Source: Candidatus Asgardarchaeum abyssi (lineage in GTDB: Archaea; Asgardarchaeota; Asgardarchaeia; Asgardarchaeales; Asgardarchaeaceae). From it: a DNA stretch of 16,987 nt. The notes beneath the pieces were generated by a model that was not told the origin of the DNA, did no database searches, and saw nothing but the letters and a program-made list of their open reading frames with translations. Numbering within the stretch: the first letter of the stretch is position 1; the number at the start of each line of letters is the position of its first letter. The DNA lies in contig JBECUL010000046.1 of the NCBI GenBank assembly GCA_040225955.1, forward strand, positions 1 through 16,987, written 5' to 3'. Position numbers and translations under genes: made by a program. Below are positions 15,707 to 16,987 of the stretch, piece after piece.

Positions 15707-16987
15707 ATGTCTGAATCTGCGCTTACTCCAGATGATTTGTGGGAATTAATTAAGGCTCAACTTATTGAGAAAGGTCTAGTAAGACAGCATCTTGATTCAT
15801 TCAACGAGTTTGTTGAACATGGTCTTCAGCAAGTTATAAATGAAATAGGTATAATCGAACCAGAAATTACTAGAAGGACAAACAGAGAGGAGCGAGCATC
15901 CTTCTATGTAAGATTAGGACGAATAAGAGTAGGTCGTCCATCTATTAGAGAGCCCACAGGTACTATGGTTCCAATATATCCCTCTGAAGCACGGTTACGA
16001 AATTTAACATATGCCGCGCCCTTATATCTAGAAATGACTCTTGTTTATAGGTCGGAAAACGGAATTGAAAGTCCAGAACAAACAGAGGAAGTTTTTATTG
16101 GGATGCTTCCGATAATGCTTAAATCAAAATATTGTCTTCTACACGGCTTAAGTGATGAAGAGCTTATTAAACTTGGTGAGGACCCAAAAGATACTGGTGG
16201 TTACTTTATTATAAATGGGTCTGAAAGAGTGCTTGTGGCTCAAGAAGATTTAGCTCCAAATAGAGTACTTGTTGATGAAGCTGATAAATCTGGAAATATT
16301 ACTCATGTAGCTAAAGTTTTTTCCGTTCGTAGAGGTTTTAGGGCTCCTCTATTGATCGAACGGAAAAAGAATGGAACGTTACAAGTATCAATGCCATCTG
16401 TTCCTGGTAAAATCCCATTTGCAATTTTATTAAGGGCATTAGGTGTTGTTTCAGATAAAGAGATTGTAGATGTTGTAGGCGGAGATGAGGATATCGTTAG
16501 AGAATTAGTTCCATCTTTAGATGAAGCTAAACATATTTTTGTACCTGGAAATAGGATACAAACCGAAGAAAATGCTTTAGACTATATAGGAAAACGTGTA
16601 GCTGTGGGTCAAATGAGGGAGTATCGTATACAAAGGGCGCAACAAGTTATAGATTATTACTTATTACCACATATTGGTACACTCCCCGAAGATAGACTCA
16701 AGAAGGCATATTTCTTAGGGCATATGGCTCGAAAGTTAATCGAATTGGCTCTCGGTAAAAGAAAACCTGATGATAAAGATCACTATGCAAATAAAAGATT
16801 AAGGCTCGCTGGCGATCTTTTAATGAGTCTATTTAGAGTAGCTTTTAATAACTTGGCAAAAGATATAAAATATCAATTGCAACGAGCCATTACAAGAGGT
16901 AAACCGATTCTTACCAAAACAACGGTTCGTGCTGACCTAATAACTGAGCGGCTAAAGCATGCTCTTGCTACTGGAAATTGGGTAGGT
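15707..16987 (+). CDS. rpo2: DNA-directed RNA polymerase subunit Rpo2 (B), 3'-truncated by window edge
   Basis: MSESALTPDDLW...GLVRQHLDSFNEF...YPSEARLRNLTYAAPLY...GGYFIINGSERV...DDKDHYANKRLRLAGDL...HALATGNWVG. SD GGTGA at 15694-15698; alternative in-frame ATG at 15701. Confidence 0.97.
   Translation, partial: MSESALTPDDLWELIKAQLIEKGLVRQHLDSFNEFVEHGLQQVINEIGIIEPEITRRTNREERASFYVRLGRIRVGRPSIREPTGTMVPIYPSEARLRNLTYAAPLYLEMTLVYRSENGIESPEQTEEVFIGMLPIMLKSKYCLLHGLSDEELIKLGEDPKDTGGYFIINGSERVLVAQEDLAPNRVLVDEADKSGNITHVAKVFSVRRGFRAPLLIERKKNGTLQVSMPSVPGKIPFAILLRALGVVSDKEIVDVVGGDEDIVRELVPSLDEAKHIFVPGNRIQTEENALDYIGKRVAVGQMREYRIQRAQQVIDYYLLPHIGTLPEDRLKKAYFLGHMARKLIELALGKRKPDDKDHYANKRLRLAGDLLMSLFRVAFNNLAKDIKYQLQRAITRGKPILTKTTVRADLITERLKHALATGNWVG

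Overview
AT-rich archaeal core-genome window. PolD, eS30, a eukaryote-like eL41, a Urm1/SAMP-like protein and GC-rich tRNAs suggest a thermophilic Asgard or other PolD-bearing TACK-related lineage (inference). From left to right: partial NSUN6-like PUA/m5C methyltransferase (-), phosphohexomutase, tRNA-Ser(CGA), two ribosomal protein genes missed by the ORF track (eL41, eS30), a replication cluster (wHTH <- cdc6 <- PolD DP1 | Cys4 orphan -> PolD DP2), a PRC-barrel protein, a ubiquitin-like protein and a RadB-like ATPase. A ~3.9 kb accessory segment follows, with a 15-bp perfect inverted repeat, an orphan membrane protein, a TPR+WD40 protein and a cluster of ~100-bp doublets built from a ~23-nt hairpin motif (REP/REPIN- or MITE-like). 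The window ends with tRNA-Asp(GTC), a tRNA-Lys(TTT) interrupted by three introns (22/23, 30/31, 37/38) whose folds appear mutually exclusive, and the 5' part of rpo2 with no rpo5 upstream. All calls come from manual reading; no database searches were run.
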